A stretch of 64,000 nt of DNA. Origin: Myxococcota bacterium (lineage in GTDB: Bacteria > Myxococcota_A > UBA9160 > SZUA-336). The stretch spans positions 1,280,001-1,344,000 of the forward strand of contig CBDFGR010000002.1 in assembly GCA_965247115.1 (NCBI GenBank). The letters run 5' to 3'. The position numbers and the translations under genes were made by a program. Shown in pieces: positions 41,744 to 51,375 of the stretch. The stretch's first letter is position 1, and every line of letters begins with the position of its first letter. The notes beneath the pieces were generated by a model. That model was not told the DNA's origin. It ran no database searches and was given only the letters and a program-made list of their open reading frames with translations.

Positions 41744-42670
41744 CTACAGATAACGACCGGAGGGCGCGGGCAGGCGGTTCGTCACGCGCTTGGCGCGCTC
41801 CACCTCGGCCAGCAGATCTGACGTGAGGACAAACCCGCTCTCCCGGCTCGCCGCCTCACAGCGGGCCTTTGCGCGCAGAACCGCGTGCAAGAGCCGGATC
41901 CAGTCGCCGATCGAGCCGTCCTTGTGCTGACGGGCCACCTCGATCCAGTCGACATCCTCGAACAGCTGCCGTCCGGCTCGGCGCTCGGCCGCGTGCGCAT
42001 GAACGCCGAGGGCGGCCGCGATGTCGTCCGGGACGAGGGGCGTCACCTCGACCACACGCTCGAAGCGACCCGTCGCGAGCAGCGCGGGGCGGATCGCATC
42101 GGGCTGGCTGGTCGAACCGATCACCAGCGCGCCCGCTGCCGCGATCGCTCGATCGACGAGCTCGAGCAAGAACTCCATGACCGGACCCAGGGGCAGGTCG
42201 ACCCGACTCCCGCCGAGCGCCGCGGCCTGCATGAACTCCAGCTCCTCGAAGAAGACCGTCGTGGGCGGCATCTCCTCGAGCGTGGCCCCCCAGGCCGCAA
42301 GGAACTCGCCGACCGGCTGGGATGCGTGCACCATCTGCAGCACCAGGCGCGGCACCGTGATCTCCAGAAACGGCATCCCGGTGTGGTTCGAGAGCCCCTC
42401 GGCGAGAAGCGTCTTGCCGCAGCTCGCGGGCCCCACGAGAAGCAGCCCGGGAGGCTGAAACGTTCCCCAGTGCGCGTATACCTCGGGGTCCGTCACGGCA
42501 CAGGCGTACGTCAGCACCTCCTCTTTCGCGGACTCGAGCCCGCCGATGTCGCCGAAGCTGAGCGTCGGGTCGGCTTCGAGGCGCGCGGCCTTCGCGACGA
42601 GGGGAGACTTGCGCAAGAACGCATCCCAGATGTTCTTGGCGCGTTGCCGGACGAGATCGGGTGTCGCCAT
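41744..42670 (-). CDS. AAA-family ATPase domain protein
   Basis: FGDIGGL, GPASCGKT, FFEELE, PALLATGRFE. Confidence 0.8.
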   Translation of the reverse strand: MATPDLVRQRAKNIWDAFLRKSPLVAKAARLEADPTLSFGDIGGLESAKEEVLTYACAVTDPEVYAHWGTFQPPGLLLVGPASCGKTLLAEGLSNHTGMPFLEITVPRLVLQMVHASQPVGEFLAAWGATLEEMPPTTVFFEELEFMQAAALGGSRVDLPLGPVMEFLLELVDRAIAAAGALVIGSTSQPDAIRPALLATGRFERVVEVTPLVPDDIAAALGVHAHAAERRAGRQLFEDVDWIEVARQHKDGSIGDWIRLLHAVLRAKARCEAASRESGFVLTSDLLAEVERAKRVTNRLPAPSGRYL

Positions 42671-42760
42671 CCCCACATTCTACACGCGCCCGCGGACGCC
42701 CTGAAAGCCTCCTGGGCCTGACACTTGCCAGTAGCTCGCAACGCCAATAGCATCGCCGCT

Positions 42761-43549
42761 GTGGAATTCAAAACCGTCATCGTCAAGACAGAGGGCTCGA
42801 TCGGGCGGCTGATCCTGAACCGCCCGGAGCGGCTGAACGCCCTGGGCCCCACGATCATGGGAGATCTCACGGAAGCGGCGCACTGGTTCGACCGTCAGCC
42901 GGAGGTGCGCGTGGTGATCGTGAGCGGTGCGGGCCGCGCGTTCAGCGCCGGTGCCGATCTCAAGGACACCGCGCCCACCCCGGCGCCTACCTGGCAGGAG
43001 CGCCGAGAGGGCGGACAGATCGGGCTGCGGATGGCTGACGCGATCGAGCAGATGCACGCCGTCACCATCGCCCGCATCCAGGGCTACGCGGTCGGCGGCG
43101 GTGTCGTCCTCGCGGCGGTCTGCGATCTGCGGGTGGCGGCAGAGGACGCGGTCTTCTTCATCCCCGAAGTGGACCTTGGCCTGCCGCTCGCATGGGGAGG
43201 CATCCCGCGACTCGTACGCGAGATCGGGCCCGCGCTCACCAAGGAGCTCGTCATGACCTGCCGACGCTTCTCGCCGGCCGAGGCCAAGGCCGCCGGCTTT
43301 GTGAACCGCGTGGTTCCGGAAGCCGAGCTCGACGCAGAGGTCGAGGCCCTCGCGCGCGAGATTGCCGAGAAGCCCGCCGTTCCCGTCATCATCACGAAGG
43401 AGCACGTGAACACCGTGACGCGTCAGATCGCCGGGACCACGGCGTACGCCGACGGGGACGTCCTGCAAGGGACATCGGCTGCCCAGGAGTCTCGCGACGC
43501 GGGCAGAGCCTACAGGGAGCGGACCTTCAGTCGGCCGAAGTCGAGCTGA
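42761..43549 (+). CDS. Enoyl-CoA hydratase/isomerase
   Basis: LNRPERLNAL, FSAGADL, AVGGG, IPEVDLG. Confidence 0.9.
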   Translation: MEFKTVIVKTEGSIGRLILNRPERLNALGPTIMGDLTEAAHWFDRQPEVRVVIVSGAGRAFSAGADLKDTAPTPAPTWQERREGGQIGLRMADAIEQMHAVTIARIQGYAVGGGVVLAAVCDLRVAAEDAVFFIPEVDLGLPLAWGGIPRLVREIGPALTKELVMTCRRFSPAEAKAAGFVNRVVPEAELDAEVEALAREIAEKPAVPVIITKEHVNTVTRQIAGTTAYADGDVLQGTSAAQESRDAGRAYRERTFSRPKSS

Positions 43550-44237
43550 CGCTCCGCTCGATCCCGTCGAAGAACTGCCACCACATTGCGAGCGACTGCT
43601 GCACCGCGCGGCGCACGCGCTCCTGCCACTCGTCGGACGTCGCGTAGCCCAGCACAATGTGCTTGCCGACGTCGCTGTGGTCGGCGTCCGCGGTCTCGTG
43701 CACGTCCCAGAAGGCGACCGCTTCGCGCGCCAGCCCGTAGTGCTTCTCTAGCCCGCGAGCGAAGTGAGCGAAGCTGCCAGGAACCTGGCCCTCGGCCGCC
43801 AGGTTCATGGCCGCGGAGCCCTCGACGAAGGAGCGCTGCTTGCTCGAGAGCTCGAACCAGTCGATCAGCGCCGCGGTGGAAGGGAGCGGCTTCCCGTGGA
43901 CAAGCTCCTCGCGGTCCATTCCGAGCCCGAGCCCGAACAGGATGAACAGCTCGGGGTGCGGCAGATCGCAGCCCGAAATGCGTCCGGTCTCCTCTTCGTA
44001 AAGGCTCTCGGCAAGCTCGACGCGCTGCGCGGGGTCGGGACAGCTCGCGTGCAGCGCGCTGATCGCGCGCGGAAACTCGCGCACCTGCAGGAAGAACTGA
44101 ACGGCGAAGGTGCGCAGCGACGATCTCGGCTCCTTCCCCTCCTGGATCCGCAGCCAGAGTGGATGGCCCCCGAAGCTCCTCCCGGCGTCGATGCTGGAGC
44201 GGAGCTCAGCGGCAAAGTCTTCGCGCGAGAGCGCCAT
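43527..44237 (-). CDS. Heme-oxygenase-like di-iron enzyme (PqqC/TenA/CADD superfamily)
   Basis: LYEEETG...HPELF, AEG, FWDVHETADADH. Confidence 0.8.
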   Translation of the reverse strand: MALSREDFAAELRSSIDAGRSFGGHPLWLRIQEGKEPRSSLRTFAVQFFLQVREFPRAISALHASCPDPAQRVELAESLYEEETGRISGCDLPHPELFILFGLGLGMDREELVHGKPLPSTAALIDWFELSSKQRSFVEGSAAMNLAAEGQVPGSFAHFARGLEKHYGLAREAVAFWDVHETADADHSDVGKHIVLGYATSDEWQERVRRAVQQSLAMWWQFFDGIERSVSSTSAD

Positions 44238-44309
44238 GCAGTGCATTGTACATCAAGCACGAGATAGAATGCTCGCAGCCAGCACGGCAAGCGAAAGGGG
44301 AACCCACGT

Positions 44310-44807
44310 ATGGGACAGAAACTCGAGGCGGGCGAGACCTTCCCGAGCGTTACCATGAAGCTCGTCGGTGGGGAGACCGTCACTCTGCCGGACGACCTCG
44401 CGACCCCCTACGGAGTGGTGCTCTTCTACCGGGGTCACTGGTGACCCTACTGCCGAAGGCAGTTGTCTTCGTTCGAAGAGAAGAAGGATGAGCTCGCGGC
44501 TCTCGGCGTGAGCGTCTACGCAGCAGCCGTTGACCCCGAAGAAAAGTCCAAGGAGGTCGCGGACTCCGGCGTCAGCTTTCCGCTCGCACATGGCGTGACA
44601 CGCGAGATCGGGGAGAAGCTCGGATCCTGGTGGGATGACCGGCGGGACTTCATTCAGCCGTCGGAGTTCGTCATGTCGCGGGACGGCACGATCATGTGCT
44701 CGTCCTACAGCAGCAGCCCGCTCGCCCGTACCGATCCCGGCGACGTGATCTCGCTCTTGAAGTTCATCGAGTCGCGGAGAAAGAAGAGGGAGGCCGAACG
44801 GGGCTGA
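44310..44807 (+). CDS. Peroxiredoxin-like (AhpC/TSA) protein with in-frame UGA at 44442-44444, probable selenoprotein
   Basis: VVLFYRGHW-UGA-PYCRRQL; frame stays open with thioredoxin-fold sequence; UGA at the first Cys of CxxC. Confidence 0.85.
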
Positions 44808-44812
44808 CGGCC

Positions 44813-45583
44813 TCAATCGTCGAAGGAGCCATGGCGGCCCGCGCCGTCCGCGAAGCGCCGCGCCCCTTCCCGGGTCTCGCCGGAGTCGATCACCTCGCGG
44901 CCTAGCCGAGTTTCTTCGGTCATGGCGGCATCGAAGTCCAGATCCCACTGGCTGTAGGACGACAGGCGGTCGCTCCGCAGACAGCGCTGCGGAAACGCGG
45001 CCATCTGCTTCGCCATAACGACAGCCTCCAAACGTGCCTGGCCCGGCTCCACCAGGCGGTTCGCCAGCCCCATCAGGCGGGCCTCCTCTCCGGACACACC
45101 CCGGCCCGTCAGGATGAGATCCAGCGCGTGGCTGTGTCCCAGCTTTCGCGACAGGCGCACGGTCCCGCCGTCGATCAGAGGCACGCCCCAGCGTCGGCAG
45201 AACACCCCAAAGACGGCGTCTCGCGCCGCAACGCGCAGATCGCACCAGATCGCGAGCTCCAGCCCGCCAGCAACAGCGTAGCCTTCGACCGCCGCGATCA
45301 CGGGCTTTGTGAGCAGCATGCGAGACGGACCCATCGGACCGTCGCCCTCCCGGCCCACGCGGTTGCCGCCCCCCCCGGAGACAGCCTTCAGATCTGCTCC
45401 CGCGCAGAAACAGCCCTCCGCGCCGGTCAGCACGGCCACGCCCATGTCCTCGTCTGCCTCGAAGGTTCGGAACGCATCTGCGAGCAGCGCGGCGGTCGCT
45501 CCGTCGACACAGTTCCACACCTTTGGGCGATTGATGGTGACGATCGCCACGGGTCCATCAGTCTCGTACGTCACGTTGCTCAT
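44813..45583 (-). CDS. Crotonase/enoyl-CoA hydratase
   Basis: FCAGADL, AVAGGLELA, FCRRWGVPLIDGGT. Confidence 0.92.
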   Translation of the reverse strand: MSNVTYETDGPVAIVTINRPKVWNCVDGATAALLADAFRTFEADEDMGVAVLTGAEGCFCAGADLKAVSGGGGNRVGREGDGPMGPSRMLLTKPVIAAVEGYAVAGGLELAIWCDLRVAARDAVFGVFCRRWGVPLIDGGTVRLSRKLGHSHALDLILTGRGVSGEEARLMGLANRLVEPGQARLEAVVMAKQMAAFPQRCLRSDRLSSYSQWDLDFDAAMTEETRLGREVIDSGETREGARRFADGAGRHGSFDD

Positions 45584-45660
45584 ATTTCCCCCTGCGAAAA
45601 ACCACGGCGCTCATTATGCGTTCGGCGGCTTCTCCGGGGAAATGCGAACATAGCGCCGGA

Positions 45661-46731
45661 ATGCCAGCCAGGTCGGAGCTACGCGGCGACTCGATTCGCA
45701 CAGAGAGACTCGTTCGTCAGCGCCTCGCGACACCCCTGGCGGCCCGAAAGGGCGTCGGCGAGCTGATTCGAGCGCTGCAACCGCTTTCCACCGGGCCCCA
45801 GGCGCGGCCAGGGAGCCCGCCGCGCCTCCTGCACAGGACCCGCTTCAACGACGAGGCCGCGCTCGATCGGTTGAGGCAGGAGCGCATGCTCGTGAAGGGT
45901 CGCTTCCGGGCCGGAGGCGTTGGATACGTCCTTGCGGAGGACCTGGCGCTCTACGCGAACGCCTTCCAGAAGCCGCTCGAGCGGCCGAACGATACGCAGG
46001 CCGAGGTTCTGGACGTCGTGCAGCGAGCCGGCCCGATCACACCAAAGCAGATCAAGGCGGAGACCGGCCTGCTGAACAAGCGGATCATGCCCGCGCTTCA
46101 CAGACTCCAGACCGCGTTCCTGGTCTACGAGGACCAGCTCGACGACGACTGGGATCGGCCCTGGTACGACTTCGAGACGGAGTGGCCGCGCGTGAAGCTT
46201 GACCCGGCGCGGCGCGAGGCAGATCTGGCCGAGGTCCTGCTGCGCTTCCTTCACGCTCACGTCTTTGCCACTCAGGAGCAGATCCGCGACTGGACTCAGC
46301 TGCCTGTGCGCACGCTCCAGTCCTTGCTCAGCGAGCTCGAGCAAGCAGGCCAGATCCTGGTGCGCAAGGTCGACGGCCTCGGCGAGGGCTTCTGCCGCGG
46401 CGGAGACGGCAGGCTGCTCGACCGGTCTCTCCCGGAGAGCCTGTTCGTTCTTCACAAGGGCGATTTTCTGGTACGTGCGCGGGAGAGCGAGCTCAACCGT
46501 CGCTTCGGAGCACGCGACATCCTGCAGTTCTTGCTGATCGATGGCGACTTCGTCGGCGCGGTCCGCGGCCATTGGGGCTTCAAGCCCTTTGATGTGACTG
46601 ACGTGGCACTCGAGCTGCCCCGCGCGATGCGCGAGCGACGACGCGAGGAGATCCTTGCCGCGGTTGTCGCCGCGTATCCCCCACCCCGGCACCAAGTCCT
46701 CCGTTACGCGGGCAAAAGACTGGCGCGCTAG
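45661..46731 (+). CDS. Winged-helix protein, AlkZ/YcaQ-like DNA glycosylase family
   Basis: ERLVRQRL, LVKGRFRAG, RFLHAH...DIRDW-like, LIDGDFVG. Confidence 0.55.
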   Translation: MPARSELRGDSIRTERLVRQRLATPLAARKGVGELIRALQPLSTGPQARPGSPPRLLHRTRFNDEAALDRLRQERMLVKGRFRAGGVGYVLAEDLALYANAFQKPLERPNDTQAEVLDVVQRAGPITPKQIKAETGLLNKRIMPALHRLQTAFLVYEDQLDDDWDRPWYDFETEWPRVKLDPARREADLAEVLLRFLHAHVFATQEQIRDWTQLPVRTLQSLLSELEQAGQILVRKVDGLGEGFCRGGDGRLLDRSLPESLFVLHKGDFLVRARESELNRRFGARDILQFLLIDGDFVGAVRGHWGFKPFDVTDVALELPRAMRERRREEILAAVVAAYPPPRHQVLRYAGKRLAR

Positions 46732-46734
46732 CCC

Positions 46735-49700
46735 GTGCTCTGCCCGGCCTGCGAGCATCCGAATCCGGAGGGATCGCGCTTCTGCAACCGCTGTGGCGCG
46801 AATCTCGGGGCAACTCCCTCCTCTCCGCGAGATGCGCCCCGCCACTACACGCCGCGTCATCTCGCCGACAAGATCCTGACCACCAGGTCGGCCCTCGAAG
46901 GCGAGCGCAAGCAGGTCACCGTGCTGTTCGCAGACGTGAAGGGCTCACTCGACCTGGCAACGCAGCTCGACCCGGAGGAGTGGCACCGAATCATGGACCG
47001 CTTCTTCCAGATCCTGGCGAGTGGCGTTCACCGCTTCGAGGGCACAGTCAATCAGTACACAGGCGACGGGATCATGGCCCTGTTCGGCGCGCCAATCGCC
47101 CACGAGGATCACGCCAGGCGCGCATGCTACGCCGCGCTCCACCTGACCGAAGAGCTGCGGCGCTACGCGGACGAGCTGCGCCTTCACGAGGAGCTCAACT
47201 TATCGGTCCGCATGGGTCTGAACTCGGGAGAGGTGGTCGTCGGCCGCATCGGGGACGACCTGCGCATGGACTACACCGCACAAGGACAGACGGTGGGCCT
47301 GGCCGCGCGCATGGAGCATCTCGCGGAGCCTGGCAAAGTCTTTCTGACCAGGCACACCGCCGATCTGGTCAAGGGCTTCTTCGAGCTCCGGGACCTGGGT
47401 GAGACCTCGGTCCGAGGCGCTGAGGAGCCCGTGCGCATCTACGAGCTGGAAGGTGTCGGACAGCTACGGACGCGACTCGACGTATCGCGCAGCCGGGGCT
47501 TCTCCAGGTTCGTGGGCCGTGACGAGGAGATGGCGCAGCTCGAGGCCGCCCTGGAGCTCGCGATCAACGGCGAGGGCGGGGTCGTGGCTCTGATCGGCGA
47601 GCCTGGCGTCGGCAAGAGCCGGGTCGGCTTCGAGTTCCTGGAGCGCTGCCGCGAGCGTGGTCTGCCCCTGTACCGAAGCCACGCCCTCTCGCACGCGCGC
47701 TCCGTGCCGTTTCTGCCGGTGCTCGATCTCATGCGGGACTACTTCGGAATCTCGGAGCAAGACGGCGACGAGACCGCCCGGGACAAGATCGCCGGGCGAG
47801 CCGTACGATTGGACGACAGCATCGCGGACGCGCTCCCGATCCTGTTCGACTTTCTGGGCGTACCAGACCCGTCGCAGCCCGCGCCCCTGACCGATCCCTC
47901 GGCGCGCGAGTCGCGGCTCTTCGAGGTCGTAAGCCGGCTGCTGCAAGCGCGTAGCGCGCGCGAGCCCACGGTTCTGATGATCGACGATCTGCACTGGATC
48001 GACAGTGGCAGCGAGCGCTTCATCGGACACCTGGTCGACTCGCTGCCGCAGACACGCACGCTCCTGCTGCTGATCTTTCGGCCGGAGTACCGCGCCCCGT
48101 GGATAGCCAGGCCGTATTACCGAGAGCTCTCGCTCTCCCCGCTTGCCCCCGCAGCCACAGCACAGCTACTGGCGGAGCTGCTGGGAGTGGACCCCAGCGT
48201 CCGCAAGCTGCCCGACCTGATCGAGCAGAGAACCGAGGGGAACCCGTTCTTCATCGAAGAAGTCGTCCAGGCGCTCGTCGACTCGGGGGCACTCGTCGGG
48301 GCACGAGGAGCACACCGTCTGGCACAGCCGATGGAAGAGCTTCGCGTCCCGGACAGCGTTCAGGCTCTGCTCGCCGCGCGGATCGACCGGCTCCCGGAGT
48401 CCGCGAAGCGTCTGCTACAGACGGCAGCCGTCATCGGCAAGCAGTTCGGCGAGGCCCTGCTCGAGGCCGTCATCGAGCTGCCCCGCCTGGAGCTCGCGGT
48501 CCTCCTTCAGCGTCTGCTTGCGGGGGAATTCATCTACGAGGAGGCGCTGTACCCAGAGCCCGAATACTCGTTCAAGCATCCCCTGACGCAGGAAGTGGCG
48601 TACGGAACCCAGCTTCGTACCGGCCGCACACGTACACACGCTGCTGTCGCCCGTGCCATCGAAGCTGCGGACCCTGCGAAGGTCGACGAGCAGTCCGCCC
48701 TTATCGCACACCACTGGGAAGCGGCGGGCGAGGCTCTCCTGGCCGCGCGCTCGCATCGCTCCGCCGCGGAGTGGGCGGGAATCCGCCACCCGGCGGAGGC
48801 GCTCCGACATTGGCAGAGGGTTCCGGAGCTCCTCAGAACGCTCCCTGAGACCGCGGAGACGAACGCCCTCGGGGTGGAAGCCTACGTCCGCATCTTGCTC
48901 CTGGGCATGCGCCTCGGCATGACGGAAGAGGAGGCGGCGGAGGTCTTCGACGAGGGGCGGGAGCTGGCGTCGCGCGCCGACGATCCGCATCTGTTGGCCG
49001 GTCTGCTCTACCGCTACGGAGCGCTGCGCGGCACGGAGGGAGCGATCGAGGAGGCGCTCGAGTTCAGCCGCCAGGTGCTGAACCTGGGCGTCCAGACGCG
49101 CGACCCCGACCTTCTATGGGCAGCACGTGTGGGCGTCGCGCACTGGTCGCACTATCTCGGGAGGCTCCGAGAGGGATTGTTGGTGATCGACCGAGCGCTC
49201 TCCCACGCCTCGGACGATCTCGATGTCGGAACGGAGTTTCTCGGCTACCGCCCGATCATCGGACTCCGCATGTACCGCGGCATGCACCTCCTGCTGATGG
49301 GACGCCTCGAGGAGGCGGAGGCCTGGCTGCAACGAGCCCTGCGGAGTGCCGAGGACGCAGGCGAGGTAGAGCTACCGGGCTGGGTGCGTCTCTACCAGGG
49401 AAAGCTGGCCTATTACCGTGGAGATGCGGACCTCGCCCTCGCCAACAGCCGCGCCGGGCTGGAGGCCGCGGAACAGACGGGCAGCGGCTTTGGTGCCGTA
49501 CAGGCCTACCACGCGCTCGGCTGCGCGCACCTGTTGCGACAGGAATGGGCAGAGGTGATCGACATGAGTCGGGTGGGCCTCGAACTGGCGCGAAGGACCC
49601 GGACCGGCTTGTTCCTCGAGGCGGAGCTGCTGGTCCACGTGGCGGAGGGACAGCTCGGGCGCGGAGAGTGGGCGCCAGCGCGATCGAGTGTTCGCGAAGC

Positions 49701-50022
49701 CGTGGCTGTGGCGCGACGGCGGGGCACGCGCGTGGCCGAGGCCATGGCCCTGCTTGTGGAAGCGCGTCTTCTGACGCGAACACGGGGAGGGAGCGCCCGG
49801 GGGAGAGTCCTGGCAGGGCTGCGCGCGGCTCAGTCGCTGATCGACAACACGGGAGCGCGAACCCTGGAGCCCTACGTGCATCTCGAGCGAGCGAACCTCG
49901 CCCGCGCAACAGGGGACCGGGGTACACGGCAGCGAGAGCTTCGCATCGCCCAGCGCCTGTTCCGCGAAATGGGCGCCGGGGCGCGGTCTGTCCGTCTCGA
50001 AGAAGAGCTGCGCGGCCTCTAG
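46735..50022 (+). CDS. Zinc ribbon - class III adenylate cyclase - AAA ATPase - TPR protein
   Basis: ERKQVTVLFADVKGS, GDGIMALFGAP, GEPGVGKS, IDDLHW, GNPFFIEE. Confidence 0.93.
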   Translation: MLCPACEHPNPEGSRFCNRCGANLGATPSSPRDAPRHYTPRHLADKILTTRSALEGERKQVTVLFADVKGSLDLATQLDPEEWHRIMDRFFQILASGVHRFEGTVNQYTGDGIMALFGAPIAHEDHARRACYAALHLTEELRRYADELRLHEELNLSVRMGLNSGEVVVGRIGDDLRMDYTAQGQTVGLAARMEHLAEPGKVFLTRHTADLVKGFFELRDLGETSVRGAEEPVRIYELEGVGQLRTRLDVSRSRGFSRFVGRDEEMAQLEAALELAINGEGGVVALIGEPGVGKSRVGFEFLERCRERGLPLYRSHALSHARSVPFLPVLDLMRDYFGISEQDGDETARDKIAGRAVRLDDSIADALPILFDFLGVPDPSQPAPLTDPSARESRLFEVVSRLLQARSAREPTVLMIDDLHWIDSGSERFIGHLVDSLPQTRTLLLLIFRPEYRAPWIARPYYRELSLSPLAPAATAQLLAELLGVDPSVRKLPDLIEQRTEGNPFFIEEVVQALVDSGALVGARGAHRLAQPMEELRVPDSVQALLAARIDRLPESAKRLLQTAAVIGKQFGEALLEAVIELPRLELAVLLQRLLAGEFIYEEALYPEPEYSFKHPLTQEVAYGTQLRTGRTRTHAAVARAIEAADPAKVDEQSALIAHHWEAAGEALLAARSHRSAAEWAGIRHPAEALRHWQRVPELLRTLPETAETNALGVEAYVRILLLGMRLGMTEEEAAEVFDEGRELASRADDPHLLAGLLYRYGALRGTEGAIEEALEFSRQVLNLGVQTRDPDLLWAARVGVAHWSHYLGRLREGLLVIDRALSHASDDLDVGTEFLGYRPIIGLRMYRGMHLLLMGRLEEAEAWLQRALRSAEDAGEVELPGWVRLYQGKLAYYRGDADLALANSRAGLEAAEQTGSGFGAVQAYHALGCAHLLRQEWAEVIDMSRVGLELARRTRTGLFLEAELLVHVAEGQLGRGEWAPARSSVREAVAVARRRGTRVAEAMALLVEARLLTRTRGGSARGRVLAGLRAAQSLIDNTGARTLEPYVHLERANLARATGDRGTRQRELRIAQRLFREMGAGARSVRLEEELRGL

Positions 50023-51239
50023 GTCTGGGACTGGGTGTGGGAGACTTGCTGGTGCCACTCCAGAGCGACCCGATGCTGCTCCGCGATCGAGCTCTCGGGC
50101 AGACCGAGCTCCGTCGCCAGCGACGATACCCGGTCCCAGTCTGCCCTCTCGTGTGCGAGCACCAGGGCGCGAACGCGTCCCAGTCGGGATTCGTCGTCCA
50201 GGATGCCCGCTTTGATCTCCTCGGACAGCGCCATCTCCTGCACGAGCTCGGTGAGAGGCCGGCCGACGAGCGCGTCCACCAGTGAGAGCAGTCCGACCAG
50301 GAACAGGTCGTGGGCGTGTCCAGCTAGCGAGGCCAGCGGAGCCAGGAGCTCGCACACGCGCGCCCGCACCAGACACGTCACGACGAGCTCTGCCGGCTTG
50401 TCCTCGCCGAGCTCGCCGATCGCGAGCATGGTGGCCCACTTCTTGACTGTGGCCTCACCGAGCAATGTGAGCGCGCCCTTGACCGAGCGCACGCGCCCCT
50501 TGTAGCCGAAGGCTGCCGAGTTCAGCATCCGCAACAGCCGCACGGAGAGGGACACGTCGCCCTTGATGATCTCCTCCAGTCGGTCGAAGTCGAGCTCCAG
50601 TCGCGAGACCTCCTGGATGAGCTGCAGGTAGTTCAGCTTGAAGGCGGGAATCTCCTTGCGCGAGATCATCTCGGGGGTGCAGAAGTAGAAGCCCTGGAAG
50701 TACTCGAACCCCAGCCGCATGCCTTCGCGGAACTCCTCGACGGTCTCCACCTTTTCGGCCAGGAGGTGCACCCGCGAGCCATAGAGCGTCACCAGCTCCT
50801 GTCGCTTGGCGGTGGACGTGGTTAGAAAGTCCACCTTGATGAAGTCCGCCATCTCGATCAGCGGCGCGTAGTCTGCATCCTCGACGTAGTCGTCCAGTGC
50901 GAGCAGGTAGCCGGATCTCTTCAGCTCCTTGCAGGCTTCGACCACTTCGGCGTCCGGCTTCACGGTTTCCAGGAGCTCTAGCACCACCCGCTGCGTGGGC
51001 AGGATCGAGTAGAGGTGCTCGGTCAGTACACGGCGCGCAACGTTGACGAATGCGAGCTTCATGGGGGCAAGCGCGTCCAGGCCGAAGGTCGCGACACTGT
51101 CGTGGATCGTCTGCGACGACGCGGCATCCGCATCGATGCCGGGAAAGATGTTCTCCGGGCCCGCCCGGTACAGCAGCTCGTAGCCGAACACATTCTGGTC
51201 CGCGTCGAGAATCGGCTGCCGCGCTATGAAGACGTCCAT
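50019..51239 (-). CDS. EAL and HDOD domain protein
   Basis: ARQPI...GYELLYR, LALDDY, AEKVET, QGFYF, then HDOD. Confidence 0.9.
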   Translation of the reverse strand: MDVFIARQPILDADQNVFGYELLYRAGPENIFPGIDADAASSQTIHDSVATFGLDALAPMKLAFVNVARRVLTEHLYSILPTQRVVLELLETVKPDAEVVEACKELKRSGYLLALDDYVEDADYAPLIEMADFIKVDFLTTSTAKRQELVTLYGSRVHLLAEKVETVEEFREGMRLGFEYFQGFYFCTPEMISRKEIPAFKLNYLQLIQEVSRLELDFDRLEEIIKGDVSLSVRLLRMLNSAAFGYKGRVRSVKGALTLLGEATVKKWATMLAIGELGEDKPAELVVTCLVRARVCELLAPLASLAGHAHDLFLVGLLSLVDALVGRPLTELVQEMALSEEIKAGILDDESRLGRVRALVLAHERADWDRVSSLATELGLPESSIAEQHRVALEWHQQVSHTQSQT

Positions 51240-51375
51240 CTGCCCCTGGGGATTCCTGTCCTCTCTGGAGGTATCGGGCAGCCCCTTGGGGAACTTCAGG
51301 GAGGCTGGGAAAGATTCGCGTCTCAGCGGTCGATAGTCCTCTTGCGAGCCCAACTTCGCCGAGGAACGCAGCGCT

